From contig OX597822.1 of assembly GCA_951406725.2 (NCBI GenBank), forward strand, positions 66,278,001 through 66,342,000: a stretch of 64,000 nt of DNA. Direction: 5' to 3'. Below are positions 1 to 13,366 of the stretch, piece by piece. Origin of the DNA: Octopus vulgaris. Lineage: Eukaryota. The position numbers and the translations under genes were made by a program. The notes under the pieces were generated by a model. That model was not told the origin of the DNA. It made no database searches and saw only the letters and a program-made list of their open reading frames with translations. The number at the start of each line of letters is the position of its first letter. Position 1 is the stretch's first letter.

Positions 1-474
1 TGAAATATTCAAGTGCATGAATCCAGTTTTATTATCAATTAGTTCAAATAATTCAAATACTTATTTGTTTTTATTAATGACTTCATTTATGTTGAATTAG
101 CTACGTCACTTTGAATCGACAAACTATTTTATCTGTTGTGACCAACAACAAAACAACTAATTTCATCACCACCGTTCATCCCATTGCCCGACACTGAAAC
201 CATGCGACCAAATTTATGACTTCTCATCTCCATCTTGAACAAGTGATAAGTCTGTTTTCGAGCACAATGACACAGCACGCCAATAAATTGCAGTTTATTG
301 TTCACTTTATTTTGAGGTTTGAGGTGATGTTTTAAACACAAAATATTAAAATAAATTATATATGTATGCTGAAAAGTTCCTACCTCCAAAGGTATCGGGA
401 AAGGACAGGCTGGAGGCTCATCCTTCCAAGTTCTTTTACAGGGCTACAAAAAACTGAAGGACAGCTACAAATAA

Positions 475-638
475 GGCGTAGGAGTGGCTGTGTGGTAAGT
501 AGCCTGCTTACTAACCACATGGTAACGGGTTCAGTCCCACTGCGTGGCACCTTGGGCAAGTGTCTTCTGCTAAAGCCTCGGGCCGACCAAGGCCTCGTGA
601 GTGGATTTGGTAGACGGAAACTAAAGAAGTCCGTCATA

Positions 639-686
<48 letters not shown>

Positions 687-970
687 TATATATATATATA
701 TGTATATACGTATGTATATACGTGTGTGTGTGTGTATGTTTGTGTGTCAGTGATTGTTCCTCCAACATCGCTTGACAACCGATGCTGGTGTTTTTACGCC
801 CCCGTAACTTAGCGTTTTGACAAAAAATGTCCGATAGATACAATAGGCACTAGGCTTACAAAGAATAAGTCCTGGGTTCGATTTGCTCAACTAAAAAAAA
901 AAGGCGATGCTCCTGCATGGCCGCAGTCAAATGACTGAATCAAGTAAAAGAATAAAAGAATAAAAAGAAT
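475..970 (+). mobile_element. tRNA-derived SINE, family 1 (abundant octopus-type SINE with internal (TA)n/(TG)n tract)
   Basis: Head GGCGTAGGAGTGGCTGTGTGGTAAG (A-box-like) and GGGTTCAGTCCC (B-box-like), CORE-like CCTTGGGCAAGT, internal microsatellite, 3' hairpin CAGTC-AAAT-GACTG and (TAAAAGA)n-type tail; about 11 copies/fragments in the window. Confidence 0.9.
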
Positions 971-1188
971 GTAATGAAATTTTTCGATAAGTTTGTTATT
1001 GTAATTTCTTATATTAATTTCCTATCTGCATTTATGTTGCCTTCTATAAAAGATCATTCTCTGCATATTCCCCAATGTTTCAATCAAACTACAAACATCA
1101 TCTCTATATAAGTATCTATATGCGAAAGACAAATATTTGTTATATTAATTATAAGTATTTTATCACCATATATACATATGTATCTATC

Positions 1189-1228
<40 letters not shown>

Positions 1229-1296
1229 AAGAGAGAAAGAAATAGATAGATAGATGTATATATATATTTATATATATATGTGTGTGTATATATATT

Positions 1297-1375
<79 letters not shown>

Positions 1376-1801
1376 ATGTGTATATATATATGTATATATG
1401 TATATACACGCTGTATATAGTTTTACCCTTTATATAATAAAACATAAATCACATCGTTTGGGAAAAGGTATACACTTATTATATCCTTCTTTGTTTTTAT
1501 TCTCCCTGTTCAATTAGGTCGACTATTTCGAGTGAATAACCAAGTCCAATTATCGATATCGAATATAGAAATGAGTTCCATAAACTTAATTTTAGATTTC
1601 CGTTCTGAATGCATCTACTTTTTTTTTTTTTTTTGTTTGGCAAAATCTAATTTCGAAGTTAAATAAATTCAATGTCAAGTTTTGTTTCAGAGAACATCAA
1701 AATATCAACAAAACAAAATCATTAAGAGTGACAACACCTGTAAGAATAACAATAAACATGAGGAAAAGTATTAATATCTACATATTACATGTATTTCTTA
1801 T

Positions 1802-2149
1802 ACATGTGAAGGCGCATGGCTCAGTGGTTAGAGCGTCGAGCTTACGATCGTGAGGTTGTGAGCTCGAATCCCGGACCGGGCTGCGTGTTGTGTTCTTGAG
1901 CAAGGCACTTTATTTCACGTTGCTCCAGTTCACTCAGCTGTAGAAATGAGTTGCGACGTCACTGGTGCCAAGCTGAATCGACCTTTGTCTTTCCCTTGGA
2001 TAACACTGGTGGCGTGGAGAGGGGAGGCTGGTATGCATGGGCGACTGCTGGTCTTCCATAAACAACCTTACCCGGACTTGTGTCTAGGAGGGTAACTTTC
2101 TAGGTGCAATTCCATGGTCATTCATGACCGAAGGGGGTCTTTACCCTTT
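1802..2149 (+). mobile_element. tRNA-derived CORE-like SINE, family 2a, with 17-bp TSD
   Basis: A box TGGCTCAGTGG, B-box-like GCTCGAATCCC, CORE-like GTTCTTGAGCAAGGCACTT...CAGCTGTAGAAATG; TSD TTACATGTATTTCTTAT at 1785-1801 and 2150-2166. Confidence 0.9.
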
Positions 2150-2439
2150 TTACATGTATTTCTTATTATTGGATGCATCCAGTTGATTTGTATTTTCTGC
2201 TCAGCGGATTTGATGATTTCATCTATATCACTGTTGTATAAAATTCAACAGATGATGAATGTACTTCCATAGACACTTCGTTTATCTCAAACAATGATCG
2301 TGGATTTTCTTAAAGTATTTTCCTTCTTTGTTCTATTATTTTTTAGTTTCGTATAACGAATAGTTTTATTCTCCCAATACCTTAGTTTTTGGTTTCTAGT
2401 TGTTAATATTATTGCTGATGTTACAGTCGTCTGTTGTCT

Positions 2440-2959
2440 TCTTCTCCTCCTCCTCCTCCTCCTCCTTCTTCTTCTTTTTCTTCCCTCTTCTTCTTTTTCT
2501 TCCAATCGGGACTCACGCCATTAGCCACAAAGAATAATCTCTAATTCGAACCTACTCTAAGCTACTAAGGATGCCTGTGGCAACTTGAAAATACACCCAC
2601 CACACGCGATAAACTAGCGGTTGCACGGGCGCGAAAGCTACGTTGTTATCCTCATTCCGTAAACGGTGGCTTATAACGCGTGGAGAGCTGAACCATCCTG
2701 GGGTACAGAGGATTCGCAATCTAGTCTAGGGTCTGAAAGTTTACCACACCATAGTGGGTTACACCATAGTTCCTCTGCTTTGCGGCAGAAGTAGGAAGAA
2801 AGTGTGAGAGAAAGTTGTGGTGAAAGAGTACAGCGGGGTTCACCACCCTCCTCTGCCGGAGCCTCGTGGAGCTTAAAAGTTTTTGCTCAATAAACACTCT
2901 TAATTCCCGGTCTGGAAATCGAAACCGCTGCCCTAACTACTGGGCCATTGCGTCTCCAC
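2440..2959 (-). mobile_element. tRNA-derived SINE, family 3, with (GAA/GAG)n tail
   Basis: Minus-strand head GTGGAGACGCAATGGCCCAGTAGTTAGGGCAGCGG..TTTCGATTTCC; head and body shared with 32319-32486; possible imperfect TSD TTGCTGAYGTTA at 2412-2423 and 2970-2981. Confidence 0.7.
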
Positions 2960-5490
2960 TTTGTTGTTGTTGCTGACGTTATTATCACATTATATTATTA
3001 ACAAATATTAGCATCAACTTAGCGTGTCTAAAATGAATGGCTTTCTAGTTCTCTAGCAGAACATCTTAGCTGAAGCCGATTCTGACCTCACATATTGCAA
3101 CTGTAACTTGTCTTTCTGCAGTGATACGAACGGTTCGGAAAATTATAATATTCTGATGCGTACTTAGATCTCATGAACTTTTGAATACACTCAATAAATA
3201 TTTGCTCATGATTAACACGAACTTATACCCACATTAAGTTCAACAAGCATGGCAGTTTGTCTGCGTAGACTTTTTCATTTCTTAGAACACTACCAACAAG
3301 TATATTTCCGAAATGAAAACAGAATGTGTTAGCTGCAGGCAGCACTATAAACAAGGGTTATGTATGTAGGTGGTAAAAACGACCATTTTCATCTCAATAT
3401 CTTCACTGACACATAAACGCTTCGCCGATATATGGGGATGTCTAATGCCTCTACTTCAATATGTTTAACAAGTAACAAACCCATATGTATCTGTGATGCA
3501 ATATTTTAGCGATGGTCGTTATAGAAATTACTATTGGAAGTCTTTCTGTGCTCTGTTTAATAACTGATGTAGATCAAATTGACTTATAAATATTCTGAAG
3601 CCAGCAGTCATACGGGTGAGTCACAATGTGTTGAGACAACCGAGAACTTGCATGCTGACATAGGAATATATTGTAGTGGGACCTTCAAGTCGCAGGTGAA
3701 ATATTCAATCTTCTTTTGGGAACGTTTCAACTCTTTTTTTTTTACAAATATGAAAATATTTAACGGGTGCTTGGTAAGATCTAAATCCTTGTAACGAAAA
3801 ATATATTCAGTGATGTAAGCAGTACGTGTTAAAGTCCGCAACTGTAAAAGTGTGGAAGCATGCATTTTAGGAAAGATGCTGCAGCTGTGTCAAAAAGGTG
3901 TGTACCGACATATGAGTCGAATATTTCTATCCAAGCATAATTGTGTCGTGGTTGTAACACTTGTTCCTGTTTAAATCATGGGGCATATGCGATCAAAGGG
4001 TTTATTTTGATCCATTTGTAATGATGTGTTGTGGTATCTATTTTATGACGTATGCTTGAACTGGCGCTGCCAAACTTTGCCAGTGAGTTCGTTCGTTACA
4101 TATAGGCGTTTCTGACTAAGATATATGAGAAGAAACACGCTACAAGTAATTTTTTTTTTAATTCAGTGTAATATACTTAATACGAGTTGTAATCAAAGTG
4201 AGATTGCAGCAAGTCTTTTAACAGTAGACTTTGTTGTACAGGGAAGATTTTTTTAGTAATTATCATATGGGCAAATGCATTCTATTGATGTCTTTGATGA
4301 ATTTATGCATGATGACTTTCAGTGTTAAATGCCTCATGGATTTTTTTCGTTTCACGTTTATTTTTTGTGTGTCATATAAAAAAAAAATCTGATTGATGCT
4401 TTCTGTCGATTCTAGTAAAATTCAATTCCCATTTTAATGAATATCTTATCATTAATTTCTCAGGTAATTAAATCCATTGAATTATTGAAATATTGATCGT
4501 TCCTTCAACTTTGTTATCATTTTTGACAGTGATATTGAGTTCAACCGTATAATTTGATAAGTTTTTGTTAATATTCGGAAATAAAAAGAAATACTAACTT
4601 ATTAGGTTATTCACAGAGGAAAACGAAAAAAGTATGGAAGACTTATCAAATCCAAATATTAATGCATAATTCGGCTAAACTATGAAGGCCTATATTTTAT
4701 AAATTTTATAATGGCCTATGTGACGTTGAAATGGAAAGGATTTCGAAACAAAACTTCTGCTCACTAGAAGTGAATTTATGTTATCTGGCTATTTAGTTTC
4801 TACAAGAATTTACTTGCGTGTTTGTAAACGTTATTCACTAAGGGGGCAAAGTGAATATTGTTAATTAGTTCTGGGATTTTCTAAAGGAGGAAACCCATGT
4901 AATTTGTTAAATATTGTTAAATAGTTTAGTGCACAGTTAGAACTAGCGATCAGGAATAGAATTAATTTTTACATATTTTTTTTATAGAACTGCAAAGAGT
5001 CAACGACCATCCGTTCTAGAAAACCAATAACCTAGCACTACGTTATTCGACGTGGTCATCATGTCTACGATAACAGACTATGTCGTGTGGGGAAAGTCCC
5101 ATAAAATTTCTACCAAATCGACCGAGCACATACAGGTTCCAAGGGTTGTTTTTGTTTGACTAGCTAATTCTAACCAGATCGAACAGAGCAATAAGGGGAA
5201 GCATCCAATCAGCTCTATGGTATTTTTGTTACTCTATAAGCCATGCTTTTGTAATAAAATATAATGATAATAATTCAGTCGATTTAGCTGATTTTGAGAA
5301 GAACATAATCTGTTTGTTATTCCAAAAAGGCGCAGGAGTAGCTCTGTGGTAAGTAGCTTGTTTACCAGCCACATGGTTCCGGGTTCAGTCCCACTGCGTG
5401 GCATCTTAGGCAAGTGTCTTCTACTATAGCCTCGGGCCGACCAAAACGTTGTGAGTATATTTGGTAGACGGAAACTGAAAGAAGCCCGTC

Positions 5491-5540
<50 letters not shown>

Positions 5541-5553
5541 ATATATATATATA

Positions 5554-7183
5554 CAATTGCGGCCAACATGTTCAGAACGGCAATGTTTTCGCCAGAAAAG
5601 TATGTATAGGTTTTTATCAAAATTGTTTTATGTTCTATAATTTTCACAGACAATAAGTACAATATTAATTGTTATTGTCTGATATTTTGGTGTAATTTGA
5701 GAGGATAATACAAAAGTTATGGATGATTTAGAGATTTACTGCAAAACCTATGGCGGCCAAAATGATCAGAACGGTTGAAAAAATAACAAAATAATCAAAA
5801 ATGACAGAGAATACTGGAATTATTTAATATTTAGTGTGAAGCCCTTTAGCTTCAATCACACTTTGACATCTTCGACTGCATGAGGAAATTAAATTTTCAA
5901 TTTCTTGCTAGCTGATCTTATCCCTTTCTTCCTGAAGGGCATTTCATAATTGCTCGGTTGTTTTAGGATTTCTGGCTTTCGAATGTTCTCCTAGAATATT
6001 CCAAACATTTTCAATAGGATTGAGATCTGGGCTTTGCGCAGGCCAATCCATAATAATAACCTTTTCAGCCTTGAGGAAGTTCATGACCACCTTAGCCATG
6101 TGACATGGGGCATAGTCCTGCATGAATATGGGTGGTCGCTTAGTTGAATTTCTCAGCACAGGCAAGACATGATCTTTTACAAGTTGTTTATAAACTCCTG
6201 CATTTATCTTTCTGTGTAATCGCACCAAAGAGCCCACACCATCTCCAGATATCATCCTCCAAACCATGACAATTCCTCCATCGAATTTAACACTAGTCTT
6301 AAGGCATTTAAGCGACAATTTTTCACCTACTTTTCGACAAACGTACCTTTTCCCATCTGAGCCAAATAACATAAACTTAGATTCATCACTGAAATACACC
6401 GTTTGCCATTTTTCTTGAGACCACAACACATGTTCGGTTGCAAAGGTAAGACGACACTTTTTTATTTTTGGAGCTGATCAGTGCCTTCACTGCAGGTGAT
6501 CTTGCTTGTAGGTTATGTTCAACTAAACGATGAGACACAGTTTTTCGAGATAACGTTTTCTTCAGTACAATGCACATTTCTCGAGAAACAGCAGCAGCAG
6601 TTTTAAATCTGTCCTTTTTAACCAAATTTACCATAGCACGATCTTCTCACTTGGTCGTTTTTCTTGGCCTGCCTGTAGACTTTCTTGCTTCAGACGAACC
6701 ACAATCATCGAAGACCTTAAGAATACCGGGAACAACACTTTTTGACTTTTTAACAATCATTGCAATAGACCCAATACTTAAATTATCCTTCTTTCGAAGC
6801 TTAATAATCTGCTGACGAATTGGTAACGGAGTAAGTGACATTATATTAACAAAGTACACTGCAGATATTCTTACTAATGTTTAGTAAACGAACCATCACG
6901 TAAACAAATTCAAAACATTAGAGTTTGGCGGTTAAATATACTAAAACACGGAGTAAAAGCAACTGTTCTGATCATTTTGGCCGCCTTGGGTTTTGCAGTA
7001 AATCACTAAATCATCACTAACTTTTGTATTATCCTCTCAAATTACACCAAAATCTCAAACAATAATAATTAATATTGTATTTATTGTCTGTGAAAATTAT
7101 AGAATATAAAACAACTTTGATAAAAACTTATACATACTTTTCTGGCGAAAACATTGCGGTTCTGAACATGTTGGCCGCAACTG
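5554..7183 (-). mobile_element. Tc1-family DNA transposon, full length, about 224-bp IR/DR terminal inverted repeats, TA target duplication
   Basis: TIRs at 5554-5777 and 6960-7183 (CAATTGCGGCCAACATGTTCAGAAC / GTTCTGAACATGTTGGCCGCAACTG); inner direct repeat GCGGCCAAAATGATCAGAACGG; TA at 5552-5553 and 7184-7185. Confidence 0.95.
5824..6841 (-). pseudogene. Tc1 transposase (DD34E), with stops and frameshifts
   Basis: HTH N-terminus MSLTPLPIRQQII, GRPRKTT, FSDESKF, QDYAPCH...(34 aa)...SPDLNPIEN, C-terminal AKGLHTKY*; split over three ORFs of the track. Confidence 0.93.
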
Positions 7184-7863
7184 TATATATATATATATAC
7201 ATATGTGTGAGTGTGTGTGTATGTCTGTGTGTCTGTGTTTGTCCTCCTAGCATTACGTGACAACCGATGCTGGTGTATTTATGTCCCCATCACTTAGCGG
7301 TTCGGCAAAATAGCCAGAAAGAATAAGTACTAGCTTTACAAAGAAAAAGTCCCGGGGTCAATTTACTCGACTGAAGGCGGTGCTCCAGCATGGCCGCAGT
7401 CAAATGACTGAAACAAGTAAAATGCTAAAAGAGAAAGAGCAAATATATTTTCCACTTTCTATTTTCACACCTCCGTTTGCTTAGTTCTAATTTTTATACA
7501 ATATTTGTACCTTTCATTTGGAATTTCTACCTATTTCGCTCCTTATCATTTTTTCGATTAATTATTAAATAGTTTTCACACTTTACATATTAGTGCTGAC
7601 TCCAATTAGTCTGGTTATTAGTTATACTATTTATTAATAATTTTCTTCCATTCTGTAATTGTTCTGTTACTCCTTCTCTACTTTAGAGTACATCGAGACT
7701 GGAAGACATTTAAATATTTATGTTTCAGCCTGGTATCTATTTTTATCTAAAGAGAAATACACAACGACCTCGATTTCCATTACCGCACGCACAAATAATT
7801 TACACACACACACACGCACACACATAAACATACGAAATTGATATACACCCATATCCATATGTA

Positions 7864-7937
<74 letters not shown>

Positions 7938-8025
7938 TATGAATATATATATATACATATATATATACATGCATATATATATATATATATATATATGAAT
8001 ATATATATATACATATATATATACA

Positions 8026-8083
<58 letters not shown>

Positions 8084-8109
8084 TATATACATATACATAT
8101 ACATATATA

Positions 8110-8179
<70 letters not shown>

Positions 8180-8198
8180 CATATGTATATACGTACAC

Positions 8199-8450
8199 GT
8201 GGAGGCGCATGGCTTAGTGGTTAGGGTGTCAGCACCACGATCATAAGATTGTGGTTTCGATTCCTGGGCCGGGCGACGCGTTGTGTTCTTGAACAAAACA
8301 TTCCATTTCACGTTGCTCCAGTCCACTCAGATGGCAAAAACGAGTAACGCTGCGATGGACTGGCGCCCCGTCCAGCTGGGGAACACATGCGCCATAGAAA
8401 CCGGGAGACCAGACCCATGAACCTGGCTAGGCTTTAAAAGGGCGCATTTA
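8199..8450 (+). mobile_element. tRNA-derived CORE-like SINE, family 2b
   Basis: A box TGGCTTAGTGG, B-box-like TTTCGATTCC, CORE-like segment shared with 1802-2149, different 3' part (GCGATGGACTGGCGCCCCGTCCAG...). Confidence 0.85.
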
Positions 8451-8477
8451 TTTATATATATATATATGTATATATAA

Positions 8478-8520
<43 letters not shown>

Positions 8521-8686
8521 TACGTACATACATATACTTATATGTATGTGTAAAGACACACGTCTATATTTATATCTGTGTCTATCTATAGATAGAGAGA
8601 GTTGACATTTACAGAAAAAAAGCCTAAGACAAGTGTATGAACAATAAGCAGGAGTTTTAGTTTGACACACGGAAAAGTGAAAATGT

Positions 8687-8722
8687 ATTTTACGTTTCGA
8701 GCCTACGCTCTTCAACAGAAAG
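8687..8722 (-). ncRNA. minimal hammerhead-like motif with A6U core variant, inside a short dispersed repeat (about 8600-8830; truncated relative at 47744-47803)
   Basis: Minus strand: UUU CUGUUGA A GAGC-GUAG-GCUC GAAA C GUA AAA. Confidence 0.5.
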
Positions 8723-9125
8723 GAATAAGAGGAATTAAACAGAGAGAGAATATAAAAAAAAAACTTGTGAATTTAGCTGTCAAACATGGCGACTCGTTAG
8801 AAAACAAAAGGTTTGACATATGGATATGCGTGTGCGTGTGTGCGTGTGTTGGTGTGTGTGTGTGTGTTTGTGTATGTGTGTGTAACCTAAATAATATGTT
8901 CAAATAACTACTTTAGCACATCTCTAACGATAAGTTGCGAGTGTTTCTTTACCAACTGTTCTGGCAGCATCGGTTTAAGCAAAAATTCGAAGTGAGGTTA
9001 TCGTAATATTTATGGCTTGAGACACTTGACTGGCATTTCATCAGACTTGCATCAATGTCTGATGAAATACCCTATCTTTATAACTTATGAACTTGGATAC
9101 GTATACACACACAAACACACACACT

Positions 9126-9169
<44 letters not shown>

Positions 9170-9171
9170 TG

Positions 9172-9205
<34 letters not shown>

Positions 9206-9372
9206 CATACACAATTCTTTTATAACTATAATTATGTTTATAATCATTAAATATTTGTATAATTTTATCTAGAAATGTTATTATAACATACCGATCAACT
9301 TGGTGACTTTATTAATTAATTAATTGAATAATTGATTAATTTAATTGATAAATTTTACCCTTTTATTATTAA

Positions 9373-9427
<55 letters not shown>

Positions 9428-11074
9428 GTATGTATGTTGTATATGTGTAGATATATAAACAGGCACATGTATATGTGCAGTAACAGTGTTAAACCTGAGT
9501 TGTTTATTACTAATGCAGTGTTATTTATAACGTTTATCACCATTATTAAATATCATATTTATTGCTAAATTTATATTGTCCATTATTTGCATTGGCTATT
9601 TCTTTTAACTGGTGTTGTTCAATATTTTCACTACTTTGTCATACTTTATTTTAGTCGTTTTCCTAAAACCCCTCTCATTATGCATTATTTAAAATTATAT
9701 ATGTTTTTTTGTTGTCTGTTTTCATTAATCTTCATTACTTTAAGTCAGGAATTTTATGAAAAACTGAACGAAATTGAAAGAAGAATAAAAAATAATATTT
9801 CCACTTTGATAATTTCATTTGTGTTTATTCTGATTTGAAAAATTGAAATCGACAATTATTTTTGCTTGACCTCGTTTGGTAAGTGTGTCAAATATTTTAT
9901 ACGGATATAAAAAAATATTTCTACTAATACACAAACAATGTACTATAGAAGCGTACAACTCTATCATGTGACCCTGAACAATAGTTCAGAGTATTAACAT
10001 GGGAAATGCAAATCGGTTGGCGCTTCCGAAATAAAACTAAGTAGTTATTTTTTGAATAAATAAAACAGAGAATTCGATACAATCATTGGTGGTCTGCAAT
10101 CGGTGAGGTGTTGGGGACAACAAAATACAGCTAATAAAATTTATAAAATATGCTAGTTATTTATACAGCAGCAGAAGAAGATTTTTCGCAAACAAGGTCA
10201 GGTTTGAGCACCTGAGCAGCAATATATACTCGTGCGTCTTATTCTACGTCACATGTAAGTTGCTTTTGTTTCTCCAACGTTTTAGTTACAGTTTCGTTCA
10301 TGTGAAATTTTATTATTGATTACTCATGGGGAAGAGCACTTACTGCAACCTTTTCAGGGCCTTATAGAAGAGTGGAGAGAGAGAGGAGAATATCCTTAAT
10401 CCAGAGATTTGCTCCGCTCCAGAACAGTACTTTATTTATTGACTTCGAACGAACCACAGTCATAGTTGATCACAATGCTATTTTGCTCATAATCTATGCA
10501 TCATTTTGGAGAGAGCATTGTGTCCTCTAATCTATAAATACTTCCAAGTCACCGTCGGAGTAAACGATTACAATAAATTTAGCCTTCAAATGCCATCGGA
10601 GTCACCTTTGCTTCTTATCCATTTAAGACGATGAAATAGCAGCCTAGCGTGGTATAACCAGCTTGTTTTTTCCCTATTGCGTCCTAGGTGTTTCACTGTG
10701 TCAACAGTAAAAGGGCTACAGATGTGTCCATTGGTTTGCAAATTCTTCATCAATCAAAACCCTTTATTGAGAGTATTTTTCCATGCCGGTACCAATTCGT
10801 ATCCATAAAACTATTTTATATAGAACTGCGAGTTAGAGATCTTGAAGTCGGTGATAATCTCAAAAATATAAATACCAACTTAAATATCATGTTACAGCCA
10901 AATTTAACCATCTAGTTTCTGCCTTTAAACTATCTACTATCTTTCTACTATATTTCAGAACCTATTTACAACTAAAAAATCAATTTACACGGATGCAAGG
11001 ATTGCTTAGTTACGTGGTGCTGTATAATAATTTTGCTTGATGAGAAAATTTTCTCTCATAATTCACAAGTAATA

Positions 11075-11490
11075 GGCGTAGGAGTGGCGGTGTGGTAAGT
11101 AGCTGGCTTACGAACCATATGGTTCCGGGTTCAGTCCCTCTGCCTGGCATATTGGGCAAGTGTCTTCTACTATAGCCCCGGGCTGACCAAAGCCTTGTGA
11201 GTGGATTTGGTAGACAGAAACTGAAAGAAGTCCGTCGTATATATGTATATATATATATATATGTATGTGTGTGTATATGTTGGTGTCTGTATTTGTCCCC
11301 CCAGCATCGCTTGACAACCGATGCTGGTGTGTTTATATCCCCGTAACTTAGCAGTTCGGCAAGAAAGACCGATAAAATAAGTACTAAGCTTACAAAAAGT
11401 AAGTCCTGGGGTCGATATCTTCGACTAAAGGCGGTGCTCCAGCATGGCCACAGTCACATGACTGAAACAAGTACAAAGAGTAAAAAGAAT
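11075..11490 (+). mobile_element. family 1 SINE
   Basis: Full-length match to other copies. Confidence 0.9.
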
Positions 11491-12961
11491 AACTACTTTT
11501 ATAGATATTCACTTGATGAGTGATACACAAATATTTTTCTTTTAAAGTGCCACGAATATCTTGGCGCCTTTCCTGATTAGTCAGTATCTATATAAAATAT
11601 AAATGTTCGTTTCTAATATAATTTACCCTATCTATATAAATAATTAAAAAAGAAAATTAAGTATTTTCATTTATAATTCAAAATGGATCTGAAAATGTTC
11701 TTTCTATAATTCTAACCCGTATTTTTTGTTTTATACATTTTACAAGTACTTTTCTTGATATCACGATGTATAACCTACAGCCTTGATGCAAAATGTGATT
11801 TGGTGACCACTGCTTTAACTAATGCAGGTATACGGTTAAATTCAGGTGAGACTTTTCAAATATATCTTGAAAATTAACTCGCCACAAGGAGGCTGCGTCG
11901 TAGACACAGAGCCTTGCTTGTCTAATGGATGCGTAGAGAGAATTTGTAATATATCGAAGGAAAAGCTCACTATATAATATGTTTAGCTGGCTCATGGCTT
12001 CTTATTTCGCCGGATTTGATCTAGTTGGAATGAATACCTGATATCTTTACAGTTTATTTTAGTTTCATGTATTCAACAAATATTGATTTCCTTCACGAGT
12101 AGAAGGTTAAACATTTTATGAAACGGATGTAGTACATTGAAACGAATCCAGCAAATATCTAATTTTATTAACCACGGCTGAGTGAATCTCAATGTCATCA
12201 ACGGTGAAATTTGAACTCAAAACGTGCAGGGATGAAACAAAATACTACATAATTAATATTCAATTGGTGCCAAATATCTTTACGTAGGAGCCAAAATATT
12301 CAACTTATATATAAAATCAATGAATATTTGTAAGATATACCTCCATTCATACATACATCCATACATAGATACATACACACATACGTACCACACAAACATA
12401 TATTCATATATATAAACAATCATACACACATCCATACATATCACTTCATATCTACAGTTTGATTCTATAGAGTAATATCTACTCAATGTCTATTCAGCAA
12501 AAATCTATTCGATGTGAATTCATTCAATATCAATAAGAACCTTTTGAGTTAAAAAGAAAACCACTACAGTGTTTGAAAATACACGTTATAGCTTTTCAGA
12601 TAAAATGTAAATGCTGCAATTATGCAATCAAATTATAAAGGTTACGTCAGCCCGAATAGCATCAATAGGTTACGCGCGAACCAAACAATATCTATAGTTT
12701 GTATCTATTCAGTGAAACCTTACAGATTGATGTACATCCTTCTAACAGTTTTATAGTGTTACCATATAGTCATACTTTGATTATATTCATTCGTTATCCA
12801 ATAAATATATATTGGCTATATCAATCCACTTTGATACCTAGAGTGTATCAATTTACTGAAGAACTACACGTAAGATATTTCTGTCTATATGCATGTGTGG
12901 ATATAACCGTATATATTTATATATATATATGGTTTTATATACACACATGCATATAGACATA

Positions 12962-13334
12962 GGCGCAGGAGTAGCTGTCTAGTAAGTAGCTTGCTTACCA
13001 ACCACAAGGTTCCGGGTTCAGTCCCACTGCGTGGCAACTTGGGCAAGTGTCTATAACTATAGCCTTGGACTGACCAAAGCCTTGTGAGTGGATTTGGTAG
13101 ATGGAAACTCAAAGAAGCTCGTCGTATATATGCATATGTGTGTGTGTGTGTGTATATTTGTGTGTCTGTGTTTGTCCTCCTAGCATTACCTGACAATCGA
13201 TGTTAGGGTGCTTATGTCCCCGTCACTTCGCGGTTCGGAAAAAAGAAACCGATAGAATAAGTAATGGGCTTACAAAGCATAAGTCCCGGGGTCGATTTAC
13301 TCTAGCATGGCCGCAGTCAAATGACTGGAACAAG

Positions 13335-13335
<1 letters not shown>
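12962..13335 (+). mobile_element. family 1 SINE (small 3' deletion)
   Basis: Match to other copies. Confidence 0.9.

Positions 13336-13366
<31 letters not shown>

Larger units (their letters stand above)
5329..7440 (+). mobile_element. family 1 SINE split by a Tc1 insertion in its central (TA)n tract
   Basis: 5' half 5329-5553 and 3' half 7184-7440 are colinear with other family 1 copies. Confidence 0.9.

Noticed and set aside
366-812. Recurring peptide [18 protein letters not shown] in many ORFs
   Set aside because: Antisense translation of the family 1 SINE, not a gene family.
3000-4400. Higher-complexity stretch that might be a decayed transposase or exon
   Set aside because: The frames I translated have frequent stops and I recognised no motif.
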